Below the pieces are notes generated by a model that worked only from the letters and a program-made list of their open reading frames with translations, did no database searches and was not told where the DNA came from. A DNA stretch of 62,819 bases, filler included, from Choristocarpus tenellus KU-1152 (taxonomy: Eukaryota > Protista > Phaeophyceae), in the NCBI GenBank assembly GCA_964200185.2. It is 9 parts of 9 records of this genome, joined end to end, with 100 filler letters (N's around TTAATTAATTAA, not from the genome) between each part and the next. Parts side by side here need not be neighbours in the genome. Positions count along the whole stretch, not along the records: positions 1 to 3,433 come from CAXNAD020020064.1; positions 3,534 to 9,806 come from CAXNAD020008514.1; positions 9,907 to 18,463 come from CAXNAD020004588.1; 6 more parts are not named here. The stretch is one strand, 5' to 3'. Of the stretch, positions 1 through 13,000 are shown one piece after another. Each line of letters opens with the position of its first letter. Position 1 is the first letter of the stretch. The translations under genes were made by a program, and so were the position numbers.

Positions 1-41
1 CCCAAATGGACGCGGCTCTACCCTCTAAGATACTTTGGCTC
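1..41 (+). mobile_element. MITE family A, right end only (window edge)
   Basis: CCCAAATGGACGCGGCTCTACCCTCTAAGATACTTTGGCTC matches the right end of the complete copy at 1512-1794. Confidence 0.8.
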
Positions 42-360
42 TATTAATATTTCTTTTGAAGAGGTCGCTCCATGGTGTTGGCCCTCAACACTTGGCACCT
101 TGCTGATCCAGAGTGCCCTGCCCTCCAGTTTGAATGGAGCCTTATACAGGTCTGGTATCAACATAAAATTGTTTGATGAAGCACCACCAATCAGAGATAA
201 ACCTGTTTAATCATGATCCGAGCTAAGCCACTATTTTTAGTCTCTCGAATCTGCTGCTTCTCCTTTCACTTGATCTAGCAGACAAGTAAGACTCTTCCTG
301 ATCCGCCTCCTGGTAATACGCTGCCCTTTCCACTTCATTTTGTGCTGCCACCAACCTCAG

Positions 361-2577
361 AGGGACATGGACAAGCAGGCAGAATTGGATGAACTCAGGG
401 CCAGGCGTGCTGCAGAGCAGAAGGTGATTTCGAGGCAAAAACCTTTAATTGAGTATTGTTTTTTGTCCTCACTATCATTTTTTCTATCAGAGGGAATTTC
501 TCATACGGCATATATATTCAACCTCACTCCTACTTCAAGAATCGCTTACTGCTGGGAAGTGAATACTGTTGGTCCTTGAAAGTACAGCACTTCTATTGCG
601 ATGATAACCACCTCTCCAAGTCTGCCCACTGCCTATACCCTAATGAGTCACACCTGCAATACAATCCCAAACATACTGTACTTTGACGACAATAACGCCT
701 TGTTAGGAACGAGAGATGCGACACCGAGAAAGATCAGCATCGGAAAAGCACAGGAATGATATCATACAGCTCCAGGCAAGACGTGTTTCAATTCACATTT
801 CCCATGGTGAATGTTCTTGTTTGATGGGGATACTCTGCAACAATGTATCACCAACCAGTCTTTGCTGCATGGCCAACAGCCCCGGACAGATGCATATACC
901 CACAGTATATACTAAGTACAACCCCATGTACCTCGACAATTTTTTTCAAACGCGAGCAAAACATAACAAACCCAAACATGAGCACAAATGCATCCTGTTT
1001 GATTCTTGTTTTTTCAGGGCGACCGTAAGCGCCAGGCGGAGATGAAGAAGGCACAACTGGCACGGGAGGCAGAACTAGAAGAAGGGGAGTACAATGCAGC
1101 AGTGAGGTATGCAGGTCTCTCCATCTAAAGCACCACTCTATCATGCTAAGTAGTGTACACGAGAAAGTGAATGTTCTACTGCTGCAGTGGAAAGGAAAGT
1201 CAATATGACCAAAGAGTTCATGTCAGGACTATATTTGTTCATATAAGGTGTTGAGGAACATTGTACAGGAAAAATAAAGCACAGTCTGATATATGGTACG
1301 GGGGGGGTCCTCACTGGGTGCTCGAGGGAAAGTTTCTTAGAGGGTACGAGTTTTTCCATGTTTGTCCAATTGGGGCTTGGCTTCCCACAGGACTTTAATG
1401 AGATTTTACCTAATCTGAAATGTTTCGGGGTAGATAAAATGTACACATTATGAAAAGGTGTATCCGGAACAAGCATATTGACGTCTCCTAACGTGATAGC
1501 CAAAATTACATGAGTGAAAGTATCTTAGAGGGTACGAGTTTTGCCCAGTTTGTCTATTTGGGACTTGGCTTCCCACGGGGTTTTTATTATGACATTTTCC
1601 TACTCCAAAATGTTTCAGAGTAGGTAAAATGTGTATGTTATGAAAAGGTGTGTCCGGAACAAGGATATTGACACTTCCTAACAAACGTGATAGCCGAAAT
1701 TACATCAAAATAATCGCAACAATAGGTTTCGGCCCCCCAATAGGTTTCGGCCCCCCAAATGGACGCGGCCCTACCCTCTAAGATACTTTGACTCCATCAA
1801 AAATGCAATATTGGATTTTGGCCCCCGAATTGACACGGCTCGACCCTCTAAGATAATTTTATTCGCTTTTTCCACCACTTGTGTGGCATCCTTGAGGTGG
1901 TGTAAAACTAGACTACAATCACCTCGGGTTGTGTGCGTATGTGGCGCCGAGTTTAGAGGAGGTACTACTCCATCCTGCATCATCCTCTACCCCCTTCAAT
2001 TTTATTACTATTCAGTCGAAGTAACTGTTGTGAAAGGGTCTGTGTATTGGTAGTTAGTGAGTTTGAATGGGAGTTTATTTTTATTTTTATCATTTTTGTT
2101 CAGGGAAGACGAGCGTATTCAAGATTGGGCACCGATGAGGAAGTCTTGCTTCTGCAAGCTAAATCTAACCACAAAACAACCAAAGTGCACTCCGCAGATA
2201 TTGACTGAGAGCTCCTAAACATGTGCCACCAGATAGTCATAGGGGCCCTAATAACTCACTGGCATCCCCCCCTCAGTTACTTTGACTCATTTTACAACGA
2301 CTCTTTCTAACTCCCCCCCCCCCCCCCCCCCCCCACTCGCCCTACCAACTGCGAGACCCATAACCCCTCACCCGTTCGTAACAATCAGCGACAANNNNNN
2401 NNNNCCCCCTCCTTATTTTTCGCTCTTTTTAAAACAACTTTTTTGCACCCCCCCCCCCCCCCCCCTCCCCAATGTGTGGAACCCAGGTACAATGCAATAC
2501 TGGCAGCTCGTGAACAAAAGGAGTCGGAGGACAAACATAAAGCATGCATGCAGCACAGGGACGCCATCCTTCAACAG
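361..2577 (+). CDS. CFAP45: Cilia- and flagella-associated protein 45-like coiled-coil protein (internal part)
   Basis: Exons 361-423, 707-775 (GC donor), 1018-1106 and 2487-2577 join in phase: RDMDKQAELDELRARRAAEQK/EREMRHRERSASEKHRNDIIQLQ/GDRKRQAEMKKAQLAREAELEEGEYNAAVR/YNAILAAREQKESEDKHKACMQHRDAILQQ. DKQAELDELRARR resembles the CFAP45/CCDC19 conserved segment (recognised from memory, no search run). Confidence 0.72.
1324..1864 (+). mobile_element. MITE family A, older outer copy interrupted by a younger copy
   Basis: Degenerate TIRs GAGGGAAAGTTTCTTAGAGGGTA ... GACCCTCTAAGATAATTTTATTC; the body stops at 1511 and resumes at 1795. Confidence 0.8.
1512..1794 (+). mobile_element. MITE family A, complete 283-bp copy with 3-bp TSD CAT
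   Basis: 23-bp TIR with one mismatch (GAGTGAAAGTATCTTAGAGGGTA / TACCCTCTAAGATACTTTGACTC); CAT at 1509-1511 and 1795-1797; internal 18-bp tandem duplication at 1721-1756. Confidence 0.9.
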
Positions 2578-2994
2578 GTGCTGAGTGGGATGGGGAAAGG
2601 GCCAAGCTCCCTGTGTGTGGAATGCACTTAACTACCAAACCTTCATCGCCCTAATTGAACCGCATATTTGATGCCCAACAAAGTTAATTCCAACATCACT
2701 GTGAACAACAATAATAACATTGAAAAGAAAAGTAGTCGAAACCATAACAACCAGGTGCAATAGATTTGGTAGGAACACCAGAATTTTCCCCAATGAACCA
2801 ACCCATATGGCACCATGAGTCGGTAGGTTGCATTTTCCCTGCAACATCACCTACACCTTTCAACTATGTTCCTATTGGCATTGTTAAGATTTTGGTAATC
2901 ATTGGTTTTATTGATTTTAGTCACATGATCTGCATCCCCTTGCTGGCAATGGATAAAAATGACATGGCATGACTGAAGGATCCAGTTGTGCTTT

Positions 2995-3259
2995 GAGTCA
3001 AAGTATTTTAGAGGGTTAGGGTACGAGTGTTGCCCTGTTCGTCCGTTCGGGGCTTGACTTTCCACAGGGTTTTTATGCCCTTTTTCGACTTTTAAAACTT
3101 TTTGGAGTATGTAAAATGTATACAGCTTATGGAATTTGTGTCTGGAGCGAGGATACTGACACTTGCTAACAAACACAATAGCTAAAATCCATCGAAACCG
3201 CAACATTGGATTTTGTACCCCAAACGGACGCATCCCTACCCTCTTAAATGCTTTGACGC
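2995..3259 (+). mobile_element. MITE family A, complete diverged copy, TSD TTT
   Basis: Aligns end to end with 1512-1794; TTT on both sides; one extra TTAGGG in the left TIR. Confidence 0.85.
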
Positions 3260-3317
3260 TTTCATAATGTTTCCAAGGAAGGGGAGCAGGGGCAGGGCTC
3301 GAGTTATTGATCAAGAT

Positions 3318-3433
3318 GGGTCAAAGTATCTGGGGGGGGGGGTGTTGGCGTCCGTTTTTCACCCTTTTTTCGATTTTCACTTTTTTGGTGTGCTTTGGTT
3401 GAACGCGTCGGGATTGAAACGTTAGCAAAAAAA
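3318..3433 (-). mobile_element. MITE family B, partial and low quality, at contig end
   Basis: GGGTCAAAGTATCTG(G)n terminus followed by sequence loosely similar to the reverse complement of 50644-50822. Confidence 0.6.
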
Positions 3434-3533
3434 NNNNNNNNNNNNNNNNNNNNNNNNNNNNNNNNNNNNNNNNNNNNTTAATTAATTAANNNNNNNNNNN
3501 NNNNNNNNNNNNNNNNNNNNNNNNNNNNNNNNN
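3434..3533. other. Artificial contig linker (also 9807-9906, 18464-18563, 26342-26441, 29617-29716, 39085-39184, 45095-45194, 59252-59351)
   Basis: Eight identical 100-bp N44-TTAATTAATTAA-N44 spacers carrying stops in all six frames. Confidence 0.97.
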
Positions 3534-3845
3534 ATTGTTTAGAGTACTTGAGAGGGGGGAGAGGTTGCTATGATGCACTATAGGGTATGGAATGTATTGA
3601 CCACAGACATAACCTCAACGGGGCAGGTGCTGTGGTGGGTGAGCCTGGGTCAAGACTCTCATTCCCTACTCCATTCGTCTAAAACAGAATCGAACCCACC
3701 CCTCACAAGGATATCGCCACTACAATTCCTGGGGTGTCTATAATATGCGGTTGTTCGTTCCCCTAAGCATACTAGCAATTCTATCATGCCTACAAGAAAG
3801 AAAATAATTACCCACCCCCAATCCCTCTTCACTCTATATCTCCTA

Positions 3846-6800
3846 TCACACCACCCCGAACATCTTCTCCCTTGTCTTCATGTTCTTACCCAAAACATCG
3901 TCCCCAATACCCAGTTCCTCCTGCATTGTCTTCCGGCTGGTCTCCTGATCTGCAAGCATCTCCTCTGCCATGCTCCGCTCCACTCCATCTGGGACGTCAT
4001 CTATCATCATTCCCATCCCTGCCTTGAGGCCCAGGATGATATGCTCCACAAGTACTGCCATCTGCTCAAGAAAGGGGAGCAGGGCAATTTCTTGTGAGAA
4101 AAGATTGGGGTACAAGTATTGTGACCGGAGAGAAGGCTCTATGGAGCCTTCAGTGCCCTAAGACACCTATGGGTCCATAAGGAGGAGGGCATTGAACAAC
4201 ATGATATGAGGTCGACGATAGGGCAGGTAGAAAAAAGGATGTGGAGTATGTGAAACCAGTTTATTCACAGAGGAAGAGCAACTCATAGCAACCCTGTCAA
4301 CGCCACCGGAAAGGAATCACAGGAGCTAATGGCACGCACCACCAGATGCTTGGCATGGGGAAACTGCTCTGCAACTGCCACTGGCACAAGCTTATCCATG
4401 CGATGAGTGGCTGCTGCTAACAGTAGGCTGAAGGTATGGTATGACGGGGCATGGGCAGGGAGTGAGAGTTGCTTCAGAACAGCTTGTGTCATGTTTCGAT
4501 GTTTTAAAAACCAGTACTTCCATCAACATTATCACCTTTGTGTCCTTTCTCTAGTCACATTCAACAAGTGCTCGATTTCAGGAGGAAAGCCTTTGATCTC
4601 TTGACCTCTTTACACTGGAAGAAAAAAAAAGATTTCTTATTGCAACATGAACAAGAATTTCTTTCAAGAAAATATTCCTTCACTGGTCACAATAAAAGAA
4701 CATAGAATCGTCACCATCAGACAAGCAGCTAGGAAAATGTACTGGTCGACGTGTGAACTGTAGAGATTCCACTGCCACCATTTTACAATAATCCCACCTA
4801 AAGGCCTTTCAACAGTCAACTATCTACTTGAGCACTGCACATTGTGCTTAAAATTACTGTACTCTACACACAGCATATACCTCACCAGTTGGTTAGGACA
4901 CTAGCCACACCCACAATCTCCAGGATGCCATACCAGGCCCCAATGCCAGACCTGCAAAAGCAGCATTCAAGCACACGACAGCAACCCCCCCCCACACATA
5001 CCAAGAAAGAGACAAGAGCAAGTGGATAGTGTAAGAAGTAGTGCCATGTGTTGTAGCATCTCCCAACCACAGGTTGGGAGAGGTGGAACCCGGAGGTAGG
5101 CATTTTGATACATTACACTATTGTTTATTGGTGAAGTCGCAAACTGCGTGAGAGTGAATGTCGATGAATGGACACACTATGATTTGCACAACTTGTGCTC
5201 ATAACCAATCTCAGAAATATGAACGGGCACAAACAATTGGGATTCCCAAATGAAGGAATTATCTCCTAAATATTTTGTTTGTGAGGATGTGCCCCAACAT
5301 ACACAACTCAGGTTTTTATCACAGGAACGGTCATTGATTTGTCGGAAATTGATTTGGAAGCCACAAATCAGATTTGATTTGTCTGACATGCACATATTCC
5401 ACATGCCTCATAATCAAAATACATCTGAAAGGCAATGCACTTTAAGGCAGTCACCACTTTTCCTGACACCCAAACGGAACGTTAACAATTTACAATTGAC
5501 TGGACTTACAAAAAACATCAATTTTCCGCATGTACAAGCAAGCACCATTTTTGCTTTGGTGGTGCAATCTGAGTAGGAACTACATACCAAGGAGCGATCA
5601 CACTTACACACACATTTCTTAACATGAAGCAGCAGCATTTACTGGGACTCAATTCTAACTATAGTACAGAAATATGTATAATCACACATAACTGATAATA
5701 GGTGAGTCCATACATCAAATCAATCCAACAGTACCTATTGATGTAGGGGGGTCTCCTGCACTTCGTGATTTTGTCATGATCGATGTGGATCTCAGCCAGG
5801 CACCTGACCAGGGCAAGCAATGGGGCCAGGGGGAATGCTACAGCAAACATGGTGACATATCCATACTGTAGGCAAGAATAGAGCAGGACCAGATGGAGGG
5901 AATACAAGGAGAAGTGTTAGGCTTAGGACAGAGAGTGGGTTGGGAGGGGGTTTAGTTGCCTTCAAACACCCTACCAAACTCACAAGAGCCACGACTTTTG
6001 AAAAGAGTGGATGTTAAGAGGGAACAAAGCATACAGTGAAATCACTTGATGAATACTCTGCAATACAAGCGTGCATTGATAGATCAAAAACATACACATT
6101 GATCAAACATTAATATATGTTTATGATGCATCAAATGTACATACACCCCCGTAATCACCACAAACACGTACAAGATACAAGACAGCACCAAGAACATGCA
6201 ACTCTTCAATCACCTATACTTCTAGACCAATCCACCCAATCCACTCAATCTCAAGCATGGCCTCTCAAGCATGGTGAACCTCACCCTTCTCCCCTTCCCC
6301 ACAATTGGGAAATCCCCTTTTCCCAGAGTTACTCTGTCCACAATGCCACAATACCACCTACCAATGATGAGATCCCTCCTTAAGCAGCCACAAATTGTTT
6401 TCACTCTCTATACATACACTGCACACTATGCTAAAAAGTGGGCGCTCATTTGCCTGTATGATGAGATTGAGGTATTCGCCAGCAGCCTCGTACTCTGGAA
6501 GCAGATTCTCTACCTCCAAAGCCTCTCTCCACGACTCCTTCCTTTCCTGCTCAGTGCAAAAAAATACAAAGAGTGGTGACATGCTGACTCTGTTTTCATC
6601 TGATCTGAATACGAACAGCCTCATCTCATTCAGTCCCAACATAAAAGTAAGCACTTGCATCCATCACATAGCACAAAATTGACCAGGCTGCCAATTTTGG
6701 AGAAAAATCAGACCTTGCCGCTGAATGTGCATTGGCGGAGGTTTCATGGGTCAATACGATGGCATGAGGTATACTGTTTATGGTATAAGCTGAACCCATC

Positions 6801-9496
6801 GTACTGATGTCAGTTGTTATGTTCACAGTCATTTCAGATCACGACCCCACTAACATTCCATCCCTGGTCACTGTCATGTGCCTAAACCCCTTTAAAAATA
6901 TGAATCATACGTTTATCAACAGAATGACCTCATTAGAAAAACCATTCAAGTGACCTCTCTTCCAAGCAAAAACACGTCAACCATGTGCCCTCTTTCTACA
7001 TTGGGCAATCCCTATCATCCCCCACCCAATAGCCCAGGAACAACACATGCCAAGGAAACAGTAATACTGCACCTTCATGGTTCTAATGAAGGTACTTGCC
7101 CACGGGGGACTTCAGGGTTTGCCTCTCTGCAGGCAGCCCCCAAAGAAAAGAAAAAGGTCATGGAGTGAGAGGACCCCTCTACATTACCCTTCTACATTAG
7201 AATCACAAGTTCGAAACTGTCTTTGAAAATACACTGTGGTAACAACAATAACCCAAGAGACTACACAAAGTTTATAAAGGGCCTAAGATTTAATGCGGTC
7301 TATGTACACCATAGAGAATTAGCACAAAAAAATCAAAAAATCAAAAATAGCACATGGAACACAACCAAACTTTACCGTGTTGTTCCTCACCCAGGCACAG
7401 TCACTTGCCTTCCTTTCCCTCCTCCCCCCCCCACCCTCAAGGCTGCAGCACAGTTAAGTGTCAGTATGAGTATTGTGGTATCATGTCCGGTCTATTCTAG
7501 TACAATACACTACCGTCTCACCACTGAACACTCCTCCGCTTCACGGAAGTCCAGCTCACTACGCCTGCCCACTCTCTTCAACTTCTTTCTCTTGAAGTAT
7601 ATCAGGTACAGGCTCACCCTCGGCACAATCACCTCCTGCATGGTGGGGGGCGTAGGAGTGGGAGTGCTGTGTGGCATTTTGGTACACACAGGGTGGCGTT
7701 TTGCAATATGTCTCACATGCCCTCACTCGTTGGTTGATTAACGCCTGCTAGTACATAAAGCAATCAAAGCAACAATCACACTTCCTCCTCCACGGAGACA
7801 GATCACCACTTACAGAGACTGTCGCCTTGAAGGAACGCACAATAAGAACTGTCACAAGCATGTCTTCTAACCCACCTAAGTCTCTGCGCAAAGAGGGCAT
7901 CAGAGGATTTGGGCAGCAAGGGTAATAGAGCACAAAAGCAAGAGCACGGCATGGGAGGGAGGGGAGGTGGTGGACAAGGAATAGGTTGAGGGCAGACCGG
8001 GTTCAAACAAGGAGGAATAAAATCTTTTGCTCCCTTGCCATGCATCGCTGAGCAAAGAAAGAACACACGGAAGTGCATCATAGTGCCGTCAACAGAGTAA
8101 GCAATCGAGGGACAAGCTGCTGCAAATCCAGCACAAATTCACGTCTCTGACTATGGCTGCTGCTGTCCCTATTTTTCCTCCCTCCCAAAGGCCTTAAGTT
8201 TGCGATATAGCTCAAAGCAGCCTAGCAGTAGAGAGAGCTCTTTGACTCTAGTGCCGAGTGACACATCCACAGTCTGCGCGTACTCCTGGGACAAAACTGG
8301 CTTCACGTCTCTCCAGTGCACGGACCACAAAACCTGCAACACTTGATAAACGCTACGATTCAAAAATAAGGATAAATCACCCGCCACAACGAGCTTTTCT
8401 AAAGGTCAGCCAGCGGATGCCCACGCCAATTCACTTTTTTTTCAAGTCATATATACGATATTCCATCGAAGAGGACTTAAGTATTGCCTCCTCATCCACC
8501 ATGACAACACACCAAAGCCTACAAAAAGCACACAGTCAAGAACAGGCAGTGTGGTAGTAGAAGTGCAAGGAAAGCTGTTGAAAAATATCTCCTGGTTTTC
8601 CACACTCTGACAGCAATTCCTTTTCCAATGTTGTACACATCTTGCGGTCTTGCACCACCATACCATGGCAACCACAATTTCTGCCAATTTCCAAGCGGCC
8701 ACAAGCAGAACCCACACATTTCCTTCCAAGACTTCAAATGTTGCTCTTGGGTGTCCAAAAGTATTATTTAGAAAGAACATGCAGCCTTGTGGAGATAACA
8801 TCGAAGCACTCTCTACCACCAAGCGGCACTGTAGCACTTTGTTTCACCTTTGCATCCCACTATGACGCACTACCTACTTTTCAAGAGTGGCCAATGCCAC
8901 TATTGCCTCGTTCCCACCATGTCTGTTGCTCTCGACCATTGCACGTACCTCTATGATCTAGTAGCTCATTACACACACACACACGCGCACGCTCACAAAC
9001 ACACATTGGAACATACCACAGGGAGGTACAACGTACAAAACTAGGTGTAACATGTAACTGATACACATTGACAGTTCTCACTATCCCCGACCTCCTCACA
9101 GAGACACTCAGTGGGAAAAAATGACCAAAGAAACGAGATGAATCACGGCACAAAACTGCCACAAACACGCCCAAACATGTTTGTTGGAGCTCTAACATCT
9201 ACCCAAATGAATGCAACACACCGTCTGAAGTACAGCAAAACCCTAAGCACGCACTTGCCCTCCACACCTAAGCTCATGGGATACAAGCCGGCAATACTCA
9301 CACAAAAAGCACACACACATCAAACCACCCCTACAAAACACAGCAACTCCCTTTCTCCCTATGCTCCCTCAATTCTCCATCCTGCACCGACTGTGCACTC
9401 ACCTCTGCCAAAAGCCCAGATAAAAGAGCCTGGAGTAGCTGTTGACACACTGGAAGGTAAAGCATTTCACGATCATGCTATTTTCCGCTGCAGCAC
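3846..9496 (-). CDS. Anoctamin/TMEM16 family protein, ANO8/ANO10-like; C-terminal half, 5'-partial
   Basis: Exons 9496-9403, 7883-7814, 7635-7522, 6546-6454 (GC donor), 5865-5735, 4951-4886, 4427-4340 and 4061-3846 join in phase: ENSMIVKCFTFQCVNSYSRLFYLGFWQRDLGGLEDMLVTVLIVR...EYLNLIIQYGYVTMFAVAFPLAPLLAL...CRRP..R.GIGAWYGILEIVGVASVLTNC...AVLVEHIILGLK...DDVP, all anoctamin hallmark motifs. Confidence 0.93.
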
Positions 9497-9932
9497 CTGT
9501 CACATGCCCTTCCCACTTGGTAGTAGCCTTTCCTCCCCAAAGCCAAACCAAATAAAACAACCGATGGAAGGTCGTCACCAAAATTATGTGACAGGTGTTG
9601 TTGTTAACAGCGATGGTGCCATCAACAGCCAAATAAGCACCATCACCACCACCACCACCACCATCACCAAAATCACACCAGCAACCAGGTCAGTGTAATG
9701 ACAAGAGAAGAGTCAGTAGGAGTAGCAAAAGAAATAGTTGATGCAGGGGGTAGGGGAATGAAAGGAGTGGGGGGCGGGGGGGGGTTAGACCGGAATCAGG
9801 TTGGGGNNNNNNNNNNNNNNNNNNNNNNNNNNNNNNNNNNNNNNNNNNNNTTAATTAATTAANNNNNNNNNNNNNNNNNNNNNNNNNNNNNNNNNNNNNN
9901 NNNNNNACCCCTATTCCAAACTCAAAAATAAA

Positions 9933-9985
<53 letters not shown>

Positions 9986-10014
9986 ACTTTTTAAGAAACA
10001 TAACCCCCACAAAC

Positions 10015-13000
10015 CTGGGAGAAAAGTTCTGCATTTCCAGTGGCATTAGCTGCCCTGGTGTTGGTGCTGTTGGAGGACACTAATGAGGTTAGGATTGACA
10101 AGAGGCGTTCCAGAGGAAAGACCTTGGGCTCAGGGAGGTCTTCAACCTGAATCGTTGGGAGGGTGAGAGGGTAAGGGGCAGGAGGTTGAGTATGGCATGC
10201 TCTCTCCCGACATCACTTGCTGTCAAAGCCAAAAATCTTGAGTTGACACTGCTGTGTAGATACCTGTTTCAAACATCAACAAGTCACCAAGTCTTGGATC
10301 AGGTGTGACGTCTAACACACGAGCAAGTCCAGAACAAGCACGAGCAGTTGATGACAAAGCGTGTGGAACAGGGGCAGAAGGGTATGGTCTGATGGCTAAC
10401 CCTAACCCTTGTGATAAAACAACACACAAAGGTGTGCCCTAGCCCTTGACAACCAGTACAGGCAACAAAATCCGCCGGCGAGGAGGAAGAAAGAGGGTTG
10501 TACACGCTCTATATCCAATAAAAATAAACAAAAATCGTCCTTCCATGTGCTTCGAACTATACACTGTTGACTAGAAAAAACACTCAAGTACAATTGATAT
10601 CGTTAATACTAGGATATAAACCCTCTTGCACATAGACATATATATATATACATATATGCTGGAGCAATTCAAAGTAGGCAGGAAGGGAACGGGGCTTATG
10701 ATGTGCAATGAATATAGGGTTAGGGCTAGCGCTAGGGCAAGGCATAAGGCGGTGAGGTTTGTGTACATTTCGGAAACAGGAGGAAGGGGGACATAACTCC
10801 CTGCCTCGATAGTTCATTTGCAAGCCCTGCCCCTTTTTGCAGGCTCTTCAATCCACAAAAAAAATGGGCTGGAAATGTTTAAAGCTGCTGATCATGTTTT
10901 TCCACTCAAACACAAAATTCAGCTATATAGAAAGGAAGCATGTGCTCTTCACCACCTCCAAAGGAGATGCATTTCAATGATGTGGTGCATTTCAATGAGG
11001 TGATGCATTTCAATAAGGTAAGCATGATCTTGAGAGCGATCAGCAGGACTGGGACAAGGTGGGAGGAAATGGGCGTGGGGGAGTGATGGCAGGCGGAGAT
11101 AGAGCAAGCTTGAAATGGGCAAAAGGACATGCATAAATTGGGAAGCAAAAAATCCCTGCCAAACGCTGTAGACGACTTCATTAAAAAAGAAAGGAATATC
11201 CTCAACCCTAACCCTAAAAACAAGGTTGTGTTGAGAAGGCACTTCATCATCCCTGTAGAGATTGACTATTTTTCTATTCTGCACTACACACACTGAAAAC
11301 TTACAGTAGTCCTCATTCTTTAAAAAATACTTGAGCGCAAAGAGTCCTTACTAAAAAAAACCTTCAAGTACTGTGAAAAAAAAAATGGTCTGTTAGGTCT
11401 GGGATCAGGGACACACACATGCGATGCTCAAGTTAAGTCATGCACTAACTCTTCAAAACTAAGCTCTAGCATTATATGTAGAGTACTGGACTGCAGTACA
11501 GACTTAGGGTTAGGGTTAGTACAGGCTTGTCTAGCTCACCCCCGCCTCGATCCGGCTTCCTGCGTTTCCCACCATGCTACCAACTCGGTGCTTCTTGGGG
11601 ACCCTTGTGGTTCGGGATGTAAATGCGTCACAATCTGTTGGGGGAGATCATGGGGTGGAGTAGTATATGGACCTAATTGGTAGAATTGATCGTGAATGAG
11701 AACCTCTGTTATGTAAACAAGACATCGTGAACTTTTCAAAATAAAATATTAAAAAAAAAAAAAAAGATAGACAGGACTAGATTAAAATATGTAATCGGAA
11801 GCAAAATCCCAATCATAGTACAAGTAAAGAGTGAAATTATCTTAGAGGGTACAAGTTTTTCCCTGTTTGTCCATTTGGGGCTTGGCTTCCCATGGGTTTT
11901 TTAATGATGTTTTTCTTACTCCAAATACTCCATGTTTCAGAGTAGGTAAAATGCATATGTTATGAAAAGGTGTGTCCGGAAGAAGGATATTGACATCTCC
12001 TAACAAACATGATAGCCAAAATTGCATCAAAACTGCAGCATTGGATTTTGGGTCCCAAATGGATGCAGCTCTACCCTTTAGGATACCTTGACTCCAACTG
12101 TTTGAACAATAGTGAATCCGTCCAATCCCCAGCATGTTACTCTTGTTGTAGACATGTTATAAAGGAGATAACATATGCTTCACCTTCAGCAAAGTCACAA
12201 GACATCGGAGAAGTTGTGTGGTACATTAAGGTACATTCATTCTGGCCTTACTGCAGTGCTCAATGCCGCAGGCAATACGAACTATTTAGGGTTCCAGTAA
12301 GGGCTCCAACAAAATAGTTCAACAGAGTAAGTTAAAACTCAGAGGTAACGGACTTGTTTCACACGACAAAGATTGTTCTGCACCTGGGTTACCTATTGGG
12401 GAAGTTACTAAGATACAAAAGACCAATGTGATACTGCTCAAAAATCATCATGGCATGCTACAGTGCACTTCTGTGTAGTGTTTTAAAACATGATTCATGA
12501 TCCACACAGACCAGATCTAGGTCACATTCCTGCAGGTCCTACCACAACCAACGTTCATACAATTCTAGCAAACTACATATATCCAAACCCTGTACCATCA
12601 AATCCGTCTCCAAACAAGAACCTAGAAATGCTGCGTGATGAACATCTGTCAGTTCAGAGTCAGAGTCAGACCCAGGGTTGCATGAGACTTGCACCTGGAT
12701 CTGATAGTATGTGATGAGTGAAGATCACTCTGGTCCTGGATCAGACACTATGCCTTTCAAAGACCCAACCCGGAACCAGCACAGTGGCCCCTAACACCAA
12801 ACCACAACCACTTCCTAGAGAATCAATAGGGTTAGGGTTAGGGTTAGGGTTCAGAGCCCAACCGACAACACCAAAAATCGCAAAAAAGATAGAAGAGCTT
12901 TCATTTGTGGGTAATTATGGGTGGGTTCAGGTTAGGGTTAGGGTTAGGGTTAAGCTCACAATATAACATTCCCTCTCGTGTATCCAATAAAATCCCCAAC

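Noticed and set aside
3434-3533. TTAATTAATTAA palindromes within N runs as a biological motif
   Set aside because: Identical 100-bp assembly linkers; they also invalidate any operon-like reading of ORC5 next to RMI1
8169-9200. ORFs inside the anoctamin intron as extra exons or a transposase
   Set aside because: The flanking exons already join in phase and no motif was recognised
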